A program made the translations under genes and the position numbers. The notes under the pieces were generated by a model. It was not told the origin of the DNA, made no database searches, and saw only the letters and a list, made by a program, of their open reading frames with translations. Of a stretch of 64,000 nucleotides of DNA, positions 22,876-36,557 are shown in pieces; position 1 is the first letter of the stretch; each line of letters begins with the position of its first letter. The DNA is from Chrysochromulina tobinii (lineage: Eukaryota). The stretch lies in NCBI GenBank assembly GCA_001275005.1, contig JWZX01003318.1, forward strand, positions 1-64,000, read 5' to 3'.

Positions 22876-23214
22876 GTGCCGCTCCCGTGGCGCCGTTTAA
22901 ACAGGTCTTAGACTCCTCGCAGAAGGCCGGCGCGAGAAGCGCTGAAGGACTCACTGCCGTGCAGCATTTGGAGACTGAACTTCTTTCTGAAGACGAAATC
23001 GGGGATTCGTCAATGGTCCCGTGAGGGCGTATCAATTATGCTTGTGAGAGGTCCCCGCATCCGTCAAGCAATAATCACATGTACTGCTCTACTGCACGAC
23101 ACCGCCGGGCGCTGAGATTCAGATTAGGCGACCACGTGACGTCTAACGAACGCGGAATTCAATACAGCATATCGGACCGGACAAGCATAAGACAACGGCA
23201 TACAATAGTTTACT

Positions 23215-25552
23215 TTAAATCACATCTGCCCTCGATTTTACGGCAGGGTACCCGAATGTGCTAGGCTGTACGAGCTCTCCACGGTTTTCGGAACGTGACG
23301 AGCTTGCAATCAGCTGACGGTTCTCGGGCCCTCTCTCGGAACGACTATCATGCCCCCCACCCGCGTGCCCTGCGTCACCGGCCCTTCGTGCAACAGCCGC
23401 AGCATCAGGCAGCACCACGACATGCGGCTCCGACGGTGCGTGCGACGATGATTTCGCTGTTGGCAGCTCAAGCCCTGTGATGGAGACTTCATGAACTCTC
23501 GCCTGCATCCTCGTCCTGGAGGCGTAACGCGTCCTCTTGAGCAGGAAGTAGAGGAGGACGATGATGGCACAGAGAAGTATCAAGAGGAGCGCACCTCCCA
23601 CTTTGAGCATCAGGCTCGCCTCATCGCGGTCATTCCCAGCTCTTGAGTCGAGACGTGACGAGGGCAATTCTGACGACACGATGAGCTGCACCAAGGGAGG
23701 GGCGGTGACGAAGAGGCCCGCTGGCAGCAGCGCCGAGGCACTGGCGACGCTACTCAGAACCGGCGCGAGGGCCGTCTCGACAGTCTGAGCAGCCGCGCGC
23801 GTGGCGGCGGCGACGCTTAGCGCCAGGCGTACGGAGCCCGATGTGACTGTGAGACGAACGGACGAGGCTGGAACGTTGACCGCCGCCGCGAAGGAGTCTA
23901 CGATCGAGTCACACACCGAGGCCGTGTAGTCGCTCACGTCGCCCGAAACCACCAATGTCACCTCAACGACGTAGGGCGGCGGTGAGATCGGGGACGAGAC
24001 GGTGGGAGGCGGCCTTGGCAACGGCGGCGGCGGCGGCGGCGATGGCTCGGGCGGGGATGGAGATGGTGGTGGCGGCGGGGGTGGCGACGACTCGGGCGGC
24101 GATGGCTCGGGCGGAGTTGGAGATGGTGGTGGCGGCGGGGGCGGCGACGGCTCGGGCGAAGGTATCGGCGGCATGCCGGGTGTATTCGGCGGCGCCATGC
24201 CGGGTAGATAGGGCGGCCGAGGCGGCGGCCTGTACGGTCGAGGGCCGCAGTCATAGCAGTCGGTGCCGTAAGTGCAATAGGCGAACTCCGCTCCGGCTCC
24301 GCCGTCATCGCAGTTGCCGTCGTAGATGTAGGGACATGTGGTGTACGTGTAATCGCAAATCGCCGGCGGGGGTGATGTCGGCGGCGGCGGGGGTGGCGGC
24401 GATGGCTCGGGCGGAGTTGGAGATGGTGGTGGCGGCGGGGGCGGCGACGGCTCAGGCGAGGGTAACGGGGGAGACGGCGCCATGCCGGGTGGATAAGGAA
24501 GCGGCGAGGGCGGAGGTGGCGAGGCTGGTGGCAGGTTGGTGGCGGAAAAGATGCGCACCTCTGCCAGGTTGAGAATGCGATCGTCGCCTGGCAGCACGAT
24601 GGTGACGTGCCGACCAGTGATGCCGTGACAGTCGAAGGCAAAGGGACCGATCTCATCAGGGACCATCTGATTGTGAACGCCGCATGCCTCGGAGGTGGCT
24701 GAGTTATGGTCGCCCGGGGACTCGCCGACCCAGATTTGGAAGGGCGAGAGGCGGTCCTGGCAGCAGTCGTCCCGATTGTAGATAACGACGTGCCCGACAT
24801 ACGAGGCGGGCGCAGAGGGTGTGCCTCCTGGTACCCGGATAGACAGCCACTGCGAAGGGCCTGATTGCGTGTGGCAGAAGTTTTGCAAGTTGTCATCGAT
24901 GCATTGGGAGGCCTCGTAATCATCGAGCTGACTGCTCATGATGGCGTTCAGGCGTGGTAGAGGATGCATTGTGTTGATAGGCGGTGCGGGCGAGGGAGGG
25001 GGCGGTGTAGGGGGCTGGGGGGGGACGTGGGGTGGTGAAGGGGGGCACGGCGGCGGCGAGGATGGCGGCGGAGAAGGCGGCGGCGGCCGTGGTGCCATGC
25101 CGGGTGGATAAGGCGGCCTCGAGGGCGGCGAGATCAATGAACAGATAGTGAAGCCGGCTCCATTGATATCGTAGTCGCTCGACCAGGTCACAAGTGTTCC
25201 GGCGGCCACTTCCACATTCATCGGCCCGGTGTCGCCGGAGTACGCGGTGTCTCCAACCGTGATGAGATCCCAGCCCCCCTCGGTTTCAAACTCGATGGTG
25301 GTGATCGTCATCGACATTTCCGCTCGCATCGTGCAAGCCTCGTTGATACCATAGTTTCCGATGCCATCGGTGATGCACAACCCGTCGGACGAGACCGAAC
25401 AATACGATGAGCCCGAAACAATCGTCCAGCGGCATGGTGGCGGCGGCAGGGGCGTTGGGGACGAGGCCATCAAAGAATCGAACTCCTGGGCCTGCACCCC
25501 GCTGTGGGGGAGCTAGGGCAGCACACAAGAGTAGAAGTTTGGAAACTCCCAA
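23215..25552 (-). CDS. Proline-rich single-pass surface glycoprotein with CUB-like, F5/8/fucolectin-like and Cys-rich modules
   Basis: CUB-like CITDG...FETEGGWDLITV...WSSD...GFTIC. Lectin-like YNRDDCCQDRL...LNLAEV. Cys-rich CDDGG...GTDCYDCGPR. SP(n) tracts and a TM helix GALLLILLCAIIVLLYFLL. The signal-peptide-like stretch needs a 1-nt fix at 25506-25510 and the true start is unclear. Confidence 0.72.
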
Positions 25553-25867
25553 CCAAATGAACCAAATTTGGTAAAAATCGAAGCACGCACTCTCGGCCCC
25601 ACGGGAACCGCACTCCTATCACCCACGTGTACAGACCCGCGGAGCGCCCCGCAAACGTCGGCGCTCACGTCGTTTACACCTCGGTTCCTCGAAGCTTGCG
25701 AGTCGACGGTCGCCGTGAGGGTGGCCGGTGTGGAACGGCGCACCCTCCATCCCATCACCCGGTCGGGCAAGGCGTCGAGCTTCGCGTGCTCGCGTGCCGC
25801 GGCGCGCCGCGCGCCAGATGTGCGCCAGATGCGCGTCAGCCTCGCGTACTCCCGCGTCTGCAGCCGC

Positions 25868-28066
25868 TCAGTCGACCTTGACGGCGCCGTAGATCTGGAG
25901 TACAAACCACCAAGAGGCGAGGAAGCCGACGGTGCCTGTGGAGAGCGCGAACAGCGTTGAGGTGATGAACATGTAGCAGAAGTAGAGCATCGTTGAGACG
26001 ACGCCCATGATCTCGAGCGTGCCCGAGAAGTAGACGAAACTGTAACCGAAAAGGAAGAGGCCGGCCGAGCCCGTGTTGAGGAAGGCGCGCCACTGCCACA
26101 GGTAGTTCTCGTTGCACAGCTGGAAGTAGCAGAGCACGATCGCCATCTCTGCGCACGTGATCACCAAGATGAAGAGCACGAGCGCGAGGAAGCCGAAGAC
26201 GTAGTAGAAGCGCTGCAGCCAGACGGAGCTCATAATGAAGTAGAGCTCGATGAAGACGGCGCCAAAGGGTAGGATGCCGCCCACGACCATGGTGAACAGC
26301 GGGTGGAGGTACCACGCCTGGCTCGGGATGACGCGTGGGACCATGTTGGTCTTCACCGGTGGGTCGGCCAGCGTCTTGCGGTACCCGAGCCACACGCCGA
26401 CCCACACTAGCGGGAATGAGATGATGAACCACATGCACAGGAGCGCGAAGAATGTGCCGATGGGCACCGCACCCGAGGACGCCTTGCCCCAGATGAAGAA
26501 GTTGAGCAGGAAGAAGATGCCGAAGGTGATGCCCGGCCACAGGAAGGCCGTCAGCAGCGTGAGCGCCTTCCATTGCTGGCCCTTAAAGCTCTTGTACGTG
26601 AGCGAGGCCGCGTAGCCCGCGACAGAGCCCATGAGAACAAAGAGGAGCAGCGTGACGGTGAGCATCGAACCGCGGTTGGCGGGCGAGAGGAAGCCGAGCG
26701 CCGCGCACGCAATCGAGATCGCCGACATGCACAGCAGCTGCGAACCCGTGCCGACTGAGCACGCGAGCAGCGTTGCGTTCGGCGGCGTTCGCAGCACATC
26801 AGCGTGCACGAGCTTCCAGCCACTCTCCTCAAGCAGCTCCTCCTTCTCCTCAATCGAGTTGTACTCGGCGAGGTCGCGGCGCAGCGTGCGCACCATGATC
26901 ATCGCCACGATCCCGGAGAGCAGGAAGACGATCACGAGCGAGTTCAGGATCGAGAACCAGTGCACTTGGTCGTCGCCCATGTATAGGTACAGGTCCCAGC
27001 GCGAGGCCCACGCAATGTCCGAGTGTTCCCACACGCAGTCGTATGTGAAGATGACCTCGGGCGACCACGCGGGCATCGGCGGCAGCTCGGGGCGCAGCGG
27101 CACCGACGTCAGCTTCGGTTCCTTGGCGTTCCACTCGCCCGTATACTCGTGCTTGACTGAGTAGGCCTCCACCTCGAAGCCCACGATGCGCGCGCCTGGG
27201 AAGGTGTCACTCTTGTGGTACTTGACGATGAAACGCAGGTGGTTGTTGATGTACGGCTTGTTCGCGTCGGTGCCCGGGATGTCTTTGGAGCCCATGAAGC
27301 CCAGCCGAAAGCCGCGGTCGTACATGTCCTTCTTAGTGCCGTCAGGCATCTCGGCGATCATCTTGGTGGCCGCGGGCAAGTTGTCCATGATCATGTGCAC
27401 GCGGTAGTCCTGCCGCACCTTGGTCGCGAGATTCTGCTTCTGCTTCTTGTCGAGCACCGACCGGCACGCGATCTTGAACTCCGACCGGCCCATGTACAAC
27501 TCGTACGGCGAGTTCTGGATGATCGCGCCCGACATGACCTCGCCCAGGTTTTCGGCCTGACGCGTCACCTCCTCCGGCTTGCAAAAGGGCAGCGAGTAGT
27601 AGTCGTACGGAAGTTGCGTCTTGGGCGAGCTGAGCTTGTGCACCTTGACCTCCACGCGCTCGCCGTCGGCGTACTGCCGCGGCGCCACACCAGGCAGGTA
27701 GAAGGCATTCGCTGCACTCACAAGCAGCACCAGCGACAGCGTTGGTGTGACCTGCGTGACGCACAAAGGAGGACAGCCGTGAGCGAGAGGAACCTTCGCG
27801 AGAACCGGAGGCGCGAGCTATCTGCGTGGCGTAGCGTAGCCGTGCTCACGGCTCGCAGCGAACAGGCTGCGCGCAGAGAGCTCTCTGTTGGCCTGCTGGC
27901 CTGATTGCTGGCGCCGGTGGCTGCCGCCTGCTCCTTGCTGACAGCGCAGCCAGCGTAGCCAGTGTGCAGCCGCTGATGCACGCAAGAGTGTGGGGTGCAG
28001 TACGCGCGCTGCGTGCACGCGTGTGCCGCCGTGGCGAAGCGGCGCCGAGCGTACCGCTTTACGCAT
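25868..28066 (-). CDS. TM9SF: Transmembrane 9 superfamily (nonaspanin/EMP70, TM9SF2/4-like)
   Basis: FYLPGVAP, YDYYSLPFC, HWFSILNS, GWKLVHADVLR, GGILPFGAVFIE, IYGAVKVD. Exon 1 (MRKA) at 28066-28055, intron 28054-27752. Confidence 0.95.
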
Positions 28067-28190
28067 ATTGCCGGCGCAGCGCAGTATCGCGGAAGGTGTG
28101 AAGGAGCACTACGCCAAGGCCAGCCTAACCGGAAACAGTTTTGCTGTGTTTAAAGTTTGTCACTAGTTTGGCTCGGAACCCTCGGAAAAA

Positions 28191-29635
28191 ATGGACTCCT
28201 CGCGAACGGCTGAGGAGATCGCCAACGGGTTCAGCCTGTTTGACCTCAGTCATAACACCGAAGAAGGGAACAGCTACTTGGATCAGCGCAATGGCCGGCG
28301 CCCACCGAGTTTGCAATCCTATGGCTCCGGTAGTGCGCCTCCTCTGGATCCGAGCGCAGCACCCCCTCGGCCACGAGCGGCGGACCTCCATGTGAATGGA
28401 GTGCCGAATGCGCTGATGACGCTCGGCCGTCAGGAGCTGATGATGCGCGAGGCGGAGGTGAATCGAAAGATTATCGTGCGCTCCAACAATCAGCAACGTG
28501 TTGGGCTCACGGGTGTTGAGCTTTCGCAGTTGCACAACCAGCTGACAGGGATCACGACAACGTGCACTCTCATCATCGGATTTTCGATGGGGGCTCTCTC
28601 GGCCGACCTGCTAAGCGCAATGGGCGACGACAGCTCGCTCTTCTGCATCTACAAGTCGCCTGGCGCCGCAGTGCTCTCCGGTGTGTTCATCCTGTGCACA
28701 ATCACGTGCATCTGCGCGTGCTTCACGATCATCGCATGCGTGCAGATCATCATCTTCCAGAGCGAGTGCGCCCTCTTTTCTCGCTCCATGTCGCACGCCA
28801 TGAACGAGGTCGCCGGCAAGCGCGTCAATCTCACGCAGCAAGTTGTTCGCATGACGCAGCTCCTCATGTACGGCGACGGCGACAGATCTGCTGAGGTGAG
28901 CACCCTCAAGCCGTCGCCGAGCTCGGGGCCCTCGGCGCCCTCGAACATGCGCTGGTTTGGGAGGAAGACCGTTATCTCGACAAGCTTCAACGCTGGCAGC
29001 GTGGACGCTGACACCGGGCTCAGCTTACCGCCCGAGGCTCGGCGGCGCCTCGAGTTGTGGGCTCGGAAGCGTTTGGAGCAGCAGGTGGCTCAACCGGAGC
29101 GTGCAAAGAATCGTAAGTCGAATGGGCTTTCCTTTGGCTTCACCATCTACATGGGCCTCGCCGTCGCGCTCTCGAGCTTCTTCGTGAGCGTCGTCGTCCT
29201 CGTGTGGATCTTTCTGGGCCCGCTAGTCGCGTGGCATCATGTGTCCGTGGCCATGCGTCGCTCTCCGGCGCGAACGAGAACCCCTTCCTCATGCAGACGC
29301 AGGATGGCGAGTGGAAGACTCGCTGCCTCGACCCCACGAACAACGACGATGTCGCCTACATGCAGATGGTTGGCACGGCCATTTCGTCCTGCTCGACGGC
29401 CGTTTTCATCATATATGCCATCATCGGCTCGCGCCTCGCCCGGCAGACGCATCACCGGTACTCCCTGAGCTCGCTGCTCGCGCTCGCGATGAACGACGAG
29501 GCGGGCACGAGTGACGGCAACATGAGCTTTGAGGTCGACGAAACCTCCTTGGATACCTCCGACACGGCCGCCGGGCAATACACGCGAGCAGTCAGGCTTA
29601 ACAGGCGCCCGCATGGTCCAGTGTTAAGCGCGTGA
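28191..29635 (+). CDS. Four-TM membrane protein with Orai-like helix pattern (frameshift ~29245)
   Basis: TM1 QLTGITTTCTLIIGFSMGAL, TM2 GVFILCTITCICACFTII, TM3 LAVALSSFFVSVVVLVWIFL, TM4 TAISSCSTAVFIIYAII (in the shifted frame). Confidence 0.5.
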
Positions 29636-29737
29636 TGGTCTTGTCGGTGTGGTCTTTGCGGACGCTCAGCTACGGTACCCTGGGGGGCGAGTAGGGATGC
29701 AACTTGGAAAAAGTCGTTCACCAGACGCAACGCCTGA

Positions 29738-31419
29738 GTGGCCTGCAACGGGTTGCAACCGCGGCGGGCCAACGACGTCGAGTCTCTTTCGATGCCGTCC
29801 ACCTCCGTGCCGAGGCTATCGCTATCCATGCCGGGTTCCCCATCATCGAAAATCGTCTGCGCGTCCGAAGCGCCAACCGCACGCAGCGCGCCGGTGTCCC
29901 GCCAAACGTCGCGCCCGAGCATTCAAGTGCTTGCTCGGCCGACAATGGCGGCTCATGCCAGGCCATCCACCGCGCGCAGTCATTCTGCAGCGACGCGTCC
30001 GGCGTTGAAGGTGCACTCGGCACGTACGCTATCTCATCTGACAAAGGGCGCAATCCCCACCTCGCTCATCGAAGCGCCTCGCAAGAAGCACGTGCCATGC
30101 ACCCATTTCAGCACATCCAGCTCGGGTACGGCAAGATCGTCGCTCCTGTATGGCACGCGCGCGTTGCCTGAGCAGACCGGAGCAGACAACCTTCTCTGTC
30201 GTATCTCAGTCGACCTTGCACAACTCAAGGGTGATCATCAAAAGCTCGAGGCTGTGCGCCAACGCCTGACGCCGCGGCAGCCGCTCACTCTAGCGCTTCG
30301 CTCGCGCGTTGAGGCGCTGAAGAGCCAGCTGCACACCAAGGACGCGCGCATCGCCGAGCTCGAAGCGACTCTACATGGCAGTCGATCGACGACCGCCAGC
30401 AACCACTCGTCGACCACTAGCGGGCCGTGCTCGCCGACCGGAGAGGACGATGCTTCTTCTGAAGCGGAAGCCGAAGCTGTCCCCTCTTGCCAGGCACCCG
30501 TTGGCCAGGCCACGAGGGCCGAAGCCGAGGGTTCATCACACGGTGCGCACGAGGAGGAGCGGGATGAGGCGCTCGACGAGGACTGCGACCGTCTCCTCTC
30601 GTTGGCCTCTTGGGTGCTTGACTTTGACGTCTGTGCGGCGCCACCGCCGCCGCCCGCGCCCGCCCGCGCCACCGCCCGCGCCCGCCAGCGCGACCACAGG
30701 CGCCTCCGCCTCCACCGATCGCCACCGTGCATCCGATCGAGTCAGATGCCCCATGTACCCAAGCTCCCTCACCCGCCATCCTCTCAACTCCGCTCTCATG
30801 GGAGGCGCCCGTCACGGCGCCCGCGCTCGCGTCGCCGGCTATGTCCTCGCCCCGATCGCCCCGATCACCGTGCCGCACGCCGCGGGAGGATCGGGTCTTC
30901 GACTACTTCGCCGGCCAAGCTTACGGACGCACCTCCTTCATCGTCGAGGTGTTCGCCGAGGAGCGCGCGCGCCGCGAGGCGGAGGAGGCGGAGGCGGAGG
31001 CGGCGCGTGCAAGTGCCGCCGAGAGGCGCGCGATCGCCGAGGCGGCGTCCGAGCGGCTGGCAGCGCCGAGGCAGCGCCGAGTTCAGCCTCTTTCCAGCGC
31101 AGCCTTCGAGCGCCGTACGCGAGACGCCGAGAAGGCGAGGCCCGAAGCCGCGCTTGACTTCGTTCGGATCCCCGAGAAGCGCGAGCGTTACAAGACGCCC
31201 GCCACCAGGGCGGCAGAGGCCAAGGCCGCCGCGGCGGCGCAGGTGCAGGCCGAGAGCGCCGAGCACAGCCCACGTTGCAGCAGAGAGCCGCTCAGTGCCC
31301 GTCCCGTTGTTGTGTCTATCGAGGAGCAGGATCAATCAGAGGGAAACGAGACCGAGGATGACGAGGAAGAGATCGAGCGACGGCGCTCCGAGCAACTCTT
31401 GATCCGCCGTCTCTTGTAA
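29738..31419 (+). CDS. Hypothetical low-complexity coiled-coil protein (frame change ~30650-30730)
   Basis: Heptad segment LRSRVEALKSQLHTKDARIAELEATL. The second frame has an E/A/R-rich helix and an acidic tail ending at TAA 31419, followed by AT-rich UTR-like sequence. Confidence 0.45.
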
Positions 31420-31713
31420 AGATGTAAACGTTTGTAAGAGCATGGTGAGTGATTCTGAGTGCATTGAACGATTGAAGTTATAGTGGAGCCGGACCCTTGG
31501 CCGGACCGTTTGAGATGGTGAGCGCGGGGAGGAACCCGACCGCGACTTTAACTGACTGACTGACTGACTAATTTTATTGAAGAGCTCTACTACATGTAAT
31601 GAAGAGCGTGGATTTCTTTACGAAAAGGTCAGCTCAGAACGACACAGGTCGACGCAACCATACGAAAAGTAACAATCGGCCGCACTAGCCCACTAGCCCA
31701 CCATTGTAGCCCA

Positions 31714-31841
31714 CCTACCCAGAGCCACTACCACACGTAACACTTAACGTAGAACAGTGCCGTAGCACTACCACACGTAACACAGCACTAACTACCACAC
31801 GTAACACGTAACGCTCAGGACGTGTGAACGTTAACACGACA
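31714..31841. repeat. CTACCACACGTAACAC x3 plus copy 2 of the dispersed element, upstream of CEP164
   Basis: CAGTGCCGTAGCAC at 31755. TGTGAACGTTAACACGACA at 31823-31841 is identical to 57527-57545. Confidence 0.75.
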
Positions 31842-31919
31842 AACGTTGTTGAAAACGCGGTGAACCGAGCGCCTTTGTTCGAAGAGGAGCAGAGGGTCAC
31901 CCGCCAGCTACTCGCGCCG

Positions 31920-34900
31920 ATGGACCAGGTGCGCAAGCCGCGATTGCTACTCGGTTCCACGCGCCGCCGCTGCTAACTCGCCCTCCCACACTCTGCGACC
32001 GCCGCAGGTCATCCTCGAGGAAGACATCGACGACAACTATGAGCCGACCGAGGCTGAGATCGACGAGTATGCGCAATGGCTGGGCATGACCGATGAGGAT
32101 GCGCCGCTCCGCTGGATCGCGCGCGAGGGGCTCAAGGCGCCCCTGCCCGAAAACTGGAAGCCATGCAAGACCGGCGAAGCAGGCGAGGTCTACTACTTCA
32201 ACTTTGCGACAGGCGAGTCCGTGTGGGACCACCCGTGTGACGAGCACTACCGCAAGCTCTTCGAGGAGGAGAAGCGCAAGCGTGCGCTGGCGCGCGCGGC
32301 GAGCAGCCGTGACCGCCCTGATCCGCATTCGGGCCGGGCGGCCGCCGTGGTCGCCCCCGGCGCGTCGCTCAACAAGCTGATGCCCTCTCGGGCTCGCTAG
32401 GAGGGCCAGACCCTCTTGGCCGTGTGGGTGGCTCGCGCGACCGCACGGCAGCCGCGGCGCCGGCGGTCGGCGGCTCGCGCGACCGGACGGCGGCGCCGGT
32501 GGTTGTGGCCAAGTCGGGAGCCGACCGCCACGAGCGCGAGGACAAGGCCCTCGGCGGGCGCGAGCGCGTCGACGCCTCGGTCTCCTCGGGCAAGGAGAAG
32601 CTGTCAAGCAAGGATGTTAAGTCGAGCAAGGAACGCTCGAGCGCCTCGGGCAACCGCTCGGCCGACTCGTCGGGCGACTACTCGGACGTGCTCTCGAGCT
32701 CGATGCGCTCGCAGGACAGCCCGCGCGACGGCGGTTCGACGACCGAGCTCGAGCGCCGGCACAAGCAGGAGATCAAGGAGAAGGAGCGTGAGCACAAGGT
32801 GGCGCTGCAAGAGCTGGACGCGCAGCACCGCAACGAGCTGCGCCAGATGCGCCAGCGCCTCGCCGCGCAGGCCGAGGAGGAGAAGCAACGGCTCTCAATG
32901 CAGGCAGAGGAGGAGGCCAAGGAAACGGCGCGGCGCATCCGGGAGGAAGGCGACACTGAGGCCGAGCAGCTCGTGGCGAAGGCCAAGGAACGCAAGGAGC
33001 GCCGAGTCAAGGACGCGCGTGAGGAGGCCGAGCGGCTCGAGAAGAAGGGCGAGAGCGAAGCGCGCCAGCTGGAGGAGGATGCGCAGGAGGCGGCCGCCAA
33101 AGCGAGCAAGCGTGCCAAGGAGAAGCGGGAGAGCCTGGAGGCCGAGGCCGAGGCGGAGGCGGAGCGGCTGGTGCGGCAGGCCAAGGCGGCCGCCGACGCC
33201 AAGACCGAGGCGGCCGTAGCCGACGCGAAGGCCGAGGCGGCCGCCAGCCTCAAGCTCGCCGTCGCCAAGGCCGAGGCCGAGGCGGCCGTGGCGCTCGAGG
33301 CGGCGGTGACCGAGGCGAAGTCGGCCGCGAAGGAGCGTCTCCAGGCAGCTCTCAAGGAGGTCGAGGCAGCCCAGGCGCAGCAAGAGGCGGCCGCGCTGCA
33401 GCAGGCGAAGGCGAAGCGCGAGGAAGCCGCGGCGGCGCAGGAGGCTGCGGCGGCGACAGCCAAGGCTATCGCCGACGCTAAGGCTGCCGCAGCGAAGGAG
33501 ACGGCCGCGGCATTGGCGAAGGTGGAGAAGGAGGCGTCCGCCGAAAAGGAGGCAGCCGTGGCGGCGGCGCTGCAGCGTGGTCAGTCGGACAAGGCCACGG
33601 CGGTCGCGGCGGCCACGGACGCGGCCGCGTCGGCCGAGGCGCTGCGCCGGGCGCAAGAGGACAAAGCACGCGCGGAGGCGGAGGCGCAGCAGGCGCGTAA
33701 GGCACTCGAGGAGCTGCGAGCGACGACGCAGGCGCAGGCGGAGATGACGGCCAAGGCGCACGCGCTCGCTCTGGACGATGCCAAACAGGAGGCGGTTGAG
33801 GCGCGCGAGGCGGCGGTGAAGGCACGCGAGGCGGTTAAGGTGGCCGCGTCCGCCACTTCAAGCGACGAGGTGAGGGCGCAAGCGAAGGCGGAGGCACGTG
33901 CGGAGGCCAAGGCCGCGGTCGAGGCTGCCATCGCCATCGAGCGCGCGGCCGCCGAACGTTCGGCGGCGGCAGAAAAGGCCGCCAAGGCCGAGCTGGTGGC
34001 ACTGCGTCTCGACTACGAAGAGGTCAAGACACGCCGCGCGTCCGACCAGAACGAGGTGACGTCGGTGCAGACGCAGCAGCTGCGCGCGCAGCTCACGCAG
34101 TCCCAGCAGGAGACGCGCAAGGCGAGGGCGGCCGCAGAGGCCGGCGAGGAAGCTCTCGCGGAGGCCAAGGCGGAGGCGGAGGCGGCCAGGACGCAGGCGC
34201 AGGCGGCCAAGGCGAAGGCGGAGGCGGCCAATGCGGAGGTAGCCAAGGCCAAGGCGGAGGCGGAGGCGGCCAATGCGGAGGTAGCCAAGGCCAAGGCGGC
34301 CCCGGCGCCTAAGGTGTCGCCTGTGGCGGAGGCCCCGACTGAGGGCGCGGGCTCAGCGGAGCTGCGGCGCCAGCTGCAGCAGGCGGAGGAGCGCGTGGCG
34401 TCTGTCTCCGCGGAGCTGCGCGAGGTGTGGAAAGAGCTCGCCGAGGAGAAGGCAGCCCGTCAGCGGGCCGAGGAGCGCGCGGCCGAGGCGGAGGCGCGTT
34501 CGGGCGCGTCGCTCAAGGAGGCGGAGCGTCAGGCCGCCCGCGCCAAGGAAGCGGCCGCCGCTGCGCTCAAGGCGACCGAGGGTGGCAGCGAAAGCGACCG
34601 ACGGCTGCGCGAGGCCGCGGCGAGCGCGGCCGACGAGGCGGAGGCAGCACGTGTCGAGGCATCGGCCGCTCGCGCCGAGGCGACGGCGTCCAAGCGCGCA
34701 CTGAGCGCCGCGCGCGACGAGAGCGCGCGTGCGGCAGAGGCAGAGGCGCGGCTCACGGGCGAGGTGCGGCGGCTCAAGGCTGAGCTCGCGGCGGCCACTG
34801 CGAGGGCGGACGAGAGCGGCGAACGCGTGGCAGCGCTCGAGGCGGAGAAGCAGCGCGTCAAGGCGAGTGCGAGCAGCGCCGCCGCCGAGGCTGAGGCGGC

Positions 34901-36557
34901 ACACGCGGCGGAGGCGGCGGCGCTCAAGGCCGCCAAGGCTGCCAAGGAGCAGTTGAGCGCCGCCGAGGTGCGCGCGGATGAGGCTGAGCGCAAGGCGAGT
35001 GAGGCGGTGCGCGCCGCCCGCCTCGCAGCGGCCAGCGAGAGCGATGCCGCGGCGGCTGAGCAACTGAGCACCAAGCGGCAGTCGGCTGCCGAGCTTGCGA
35101 GCGCGAAGGTGGAAGCGAAGGCGATTCGAGAGGCGGCGGAGGATGAGGCGCACGCGATGCTCGCGAAGGCGAAGAGCGAACGCGCCACCGCCGCGGCCGA
35201 GGCGGCGGCGCTCAAGGCCGAGGCGGAGGCGATGCTTGTGGCTGCCAAGGATGCGGAGCGGCGAGCGAACTTGCGCGCGGCCGCACGTCTCGAGGACGAC
35301 GCGGCGATGGGCGCGCGCGATGCGGCCGCGCGTGATGCGGAGACGGCCGCTCTGCGACGCACGCACGAGGCGCGCATGGCGACGCTGCGTCGCGAGCAGG
35401 AGGCAGAGGAGGCGGCGGCCGCGGCGGCGGTCGCAGCGGCGTCGGCGCGCGCCGCGGCGGCACGCAACGAGGCCGCCGCGCTTGAGGCGGTGCGCCGCGA
35501 GCACGAGGCGACCTCCAAAGCCCTGAAAACCGGGCTCGAGAACGACGCCGCCGCCGCCGAGCGCTCGGTGCGCGTGGGCCTCGCGGAGCTCGGAAGTGGC
35601 TCTCGTGCTGCTGCGCTCATCAACGCCGCCGCGCCGCCGGCGAGGGGTGATGCATTCAAAAAGGGCGAGCCGGCCGCTCCTGCTTTGGCCGAAGGCGGCA
35701 GCTTCTTCTCTCTCGAGGCGGCGCATGCGGAACACTCCCGGCTCAAGCAGGTTCGCGCCTTTTTGCGCGCACAGGCGCGCATGATTAAGAGTCGGCAGGC
35801 GCAGCTGCATGCGGACCAGCAGGCCTGGAAGCGATCGATGCGCGCGCTCACCACGGCGGCGCACGGCGGGCCCGAGCACGAGCGCATGCATGCGATCATG
35901 CGCAAGCTGCGCCACACCCTCGAGCGGCAGGCGAGCACACTCAACGACGACACGGAGCACCTGCAGAGCTGCTTCCTGTGGATGCGCCAGCTCGAGGCGG
36001 CCGCCAAGGCGCACGTGGCCAACGCCGCCGCGGCCGGCAAGCCGGGCAGCGGAGCGGCCGACGAGCTCGACGACGACGATCTCGACGAGGCAGACGCGCT
36101 TCTCCGGGGAGGCGCTCTGGCAGATCTCGAGGGGGAGGCCGAGATGGCCTCGTACGGCTTTGCGATGCCGCCCTCGCACCTGGCCACGGGCGCGCACCCG
36201 GCGGCCTCGGCGTTTGCCGCGGCGCCCCTCGCCATTGCCCACCACCAGCAGCAGCAGCAGCACAGGTACCGCTCGCCGCGCCAGCGCTCCTCCGCTCGCG
36301 ACCTGCCGCGCCACGCGTCCTTTGAGACCGTCCGAGGCGTCGCTGCGGCGCAGGAGAACCTTCGCGCTGCACAGGCGGCCGCCGCCGCCGCCTCATCGCG
36401 CCATCCGCGGAGCGCGCGCCACCACGGCACGGCCGATCCGTACATGGCCAAGGAGCATGAGATGGGTGCACTGCTTGAGGCGCACGGGCGCTGGCTCCAC
36501 TCGCTTGCGCGCGAGGTGCAGCCGCCACCCCCGGGGATGCCCTCGCACGCGTGGTGA
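31920..36557 (+). CDS. CEP164: CEP164-like centriolar distal appendage protein (WW domain + long coiled coil)
   Basis: ILEEDIDDNYEPTEAEIDEYA...WIAREGLKAPLPENWKPC...YYFNFATGESVWDHPCDEHYR. Exon 1 is ATG GAC CAG, intron 31929-32007. One C is missing at 32383-32385. Confidence 0.85.
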
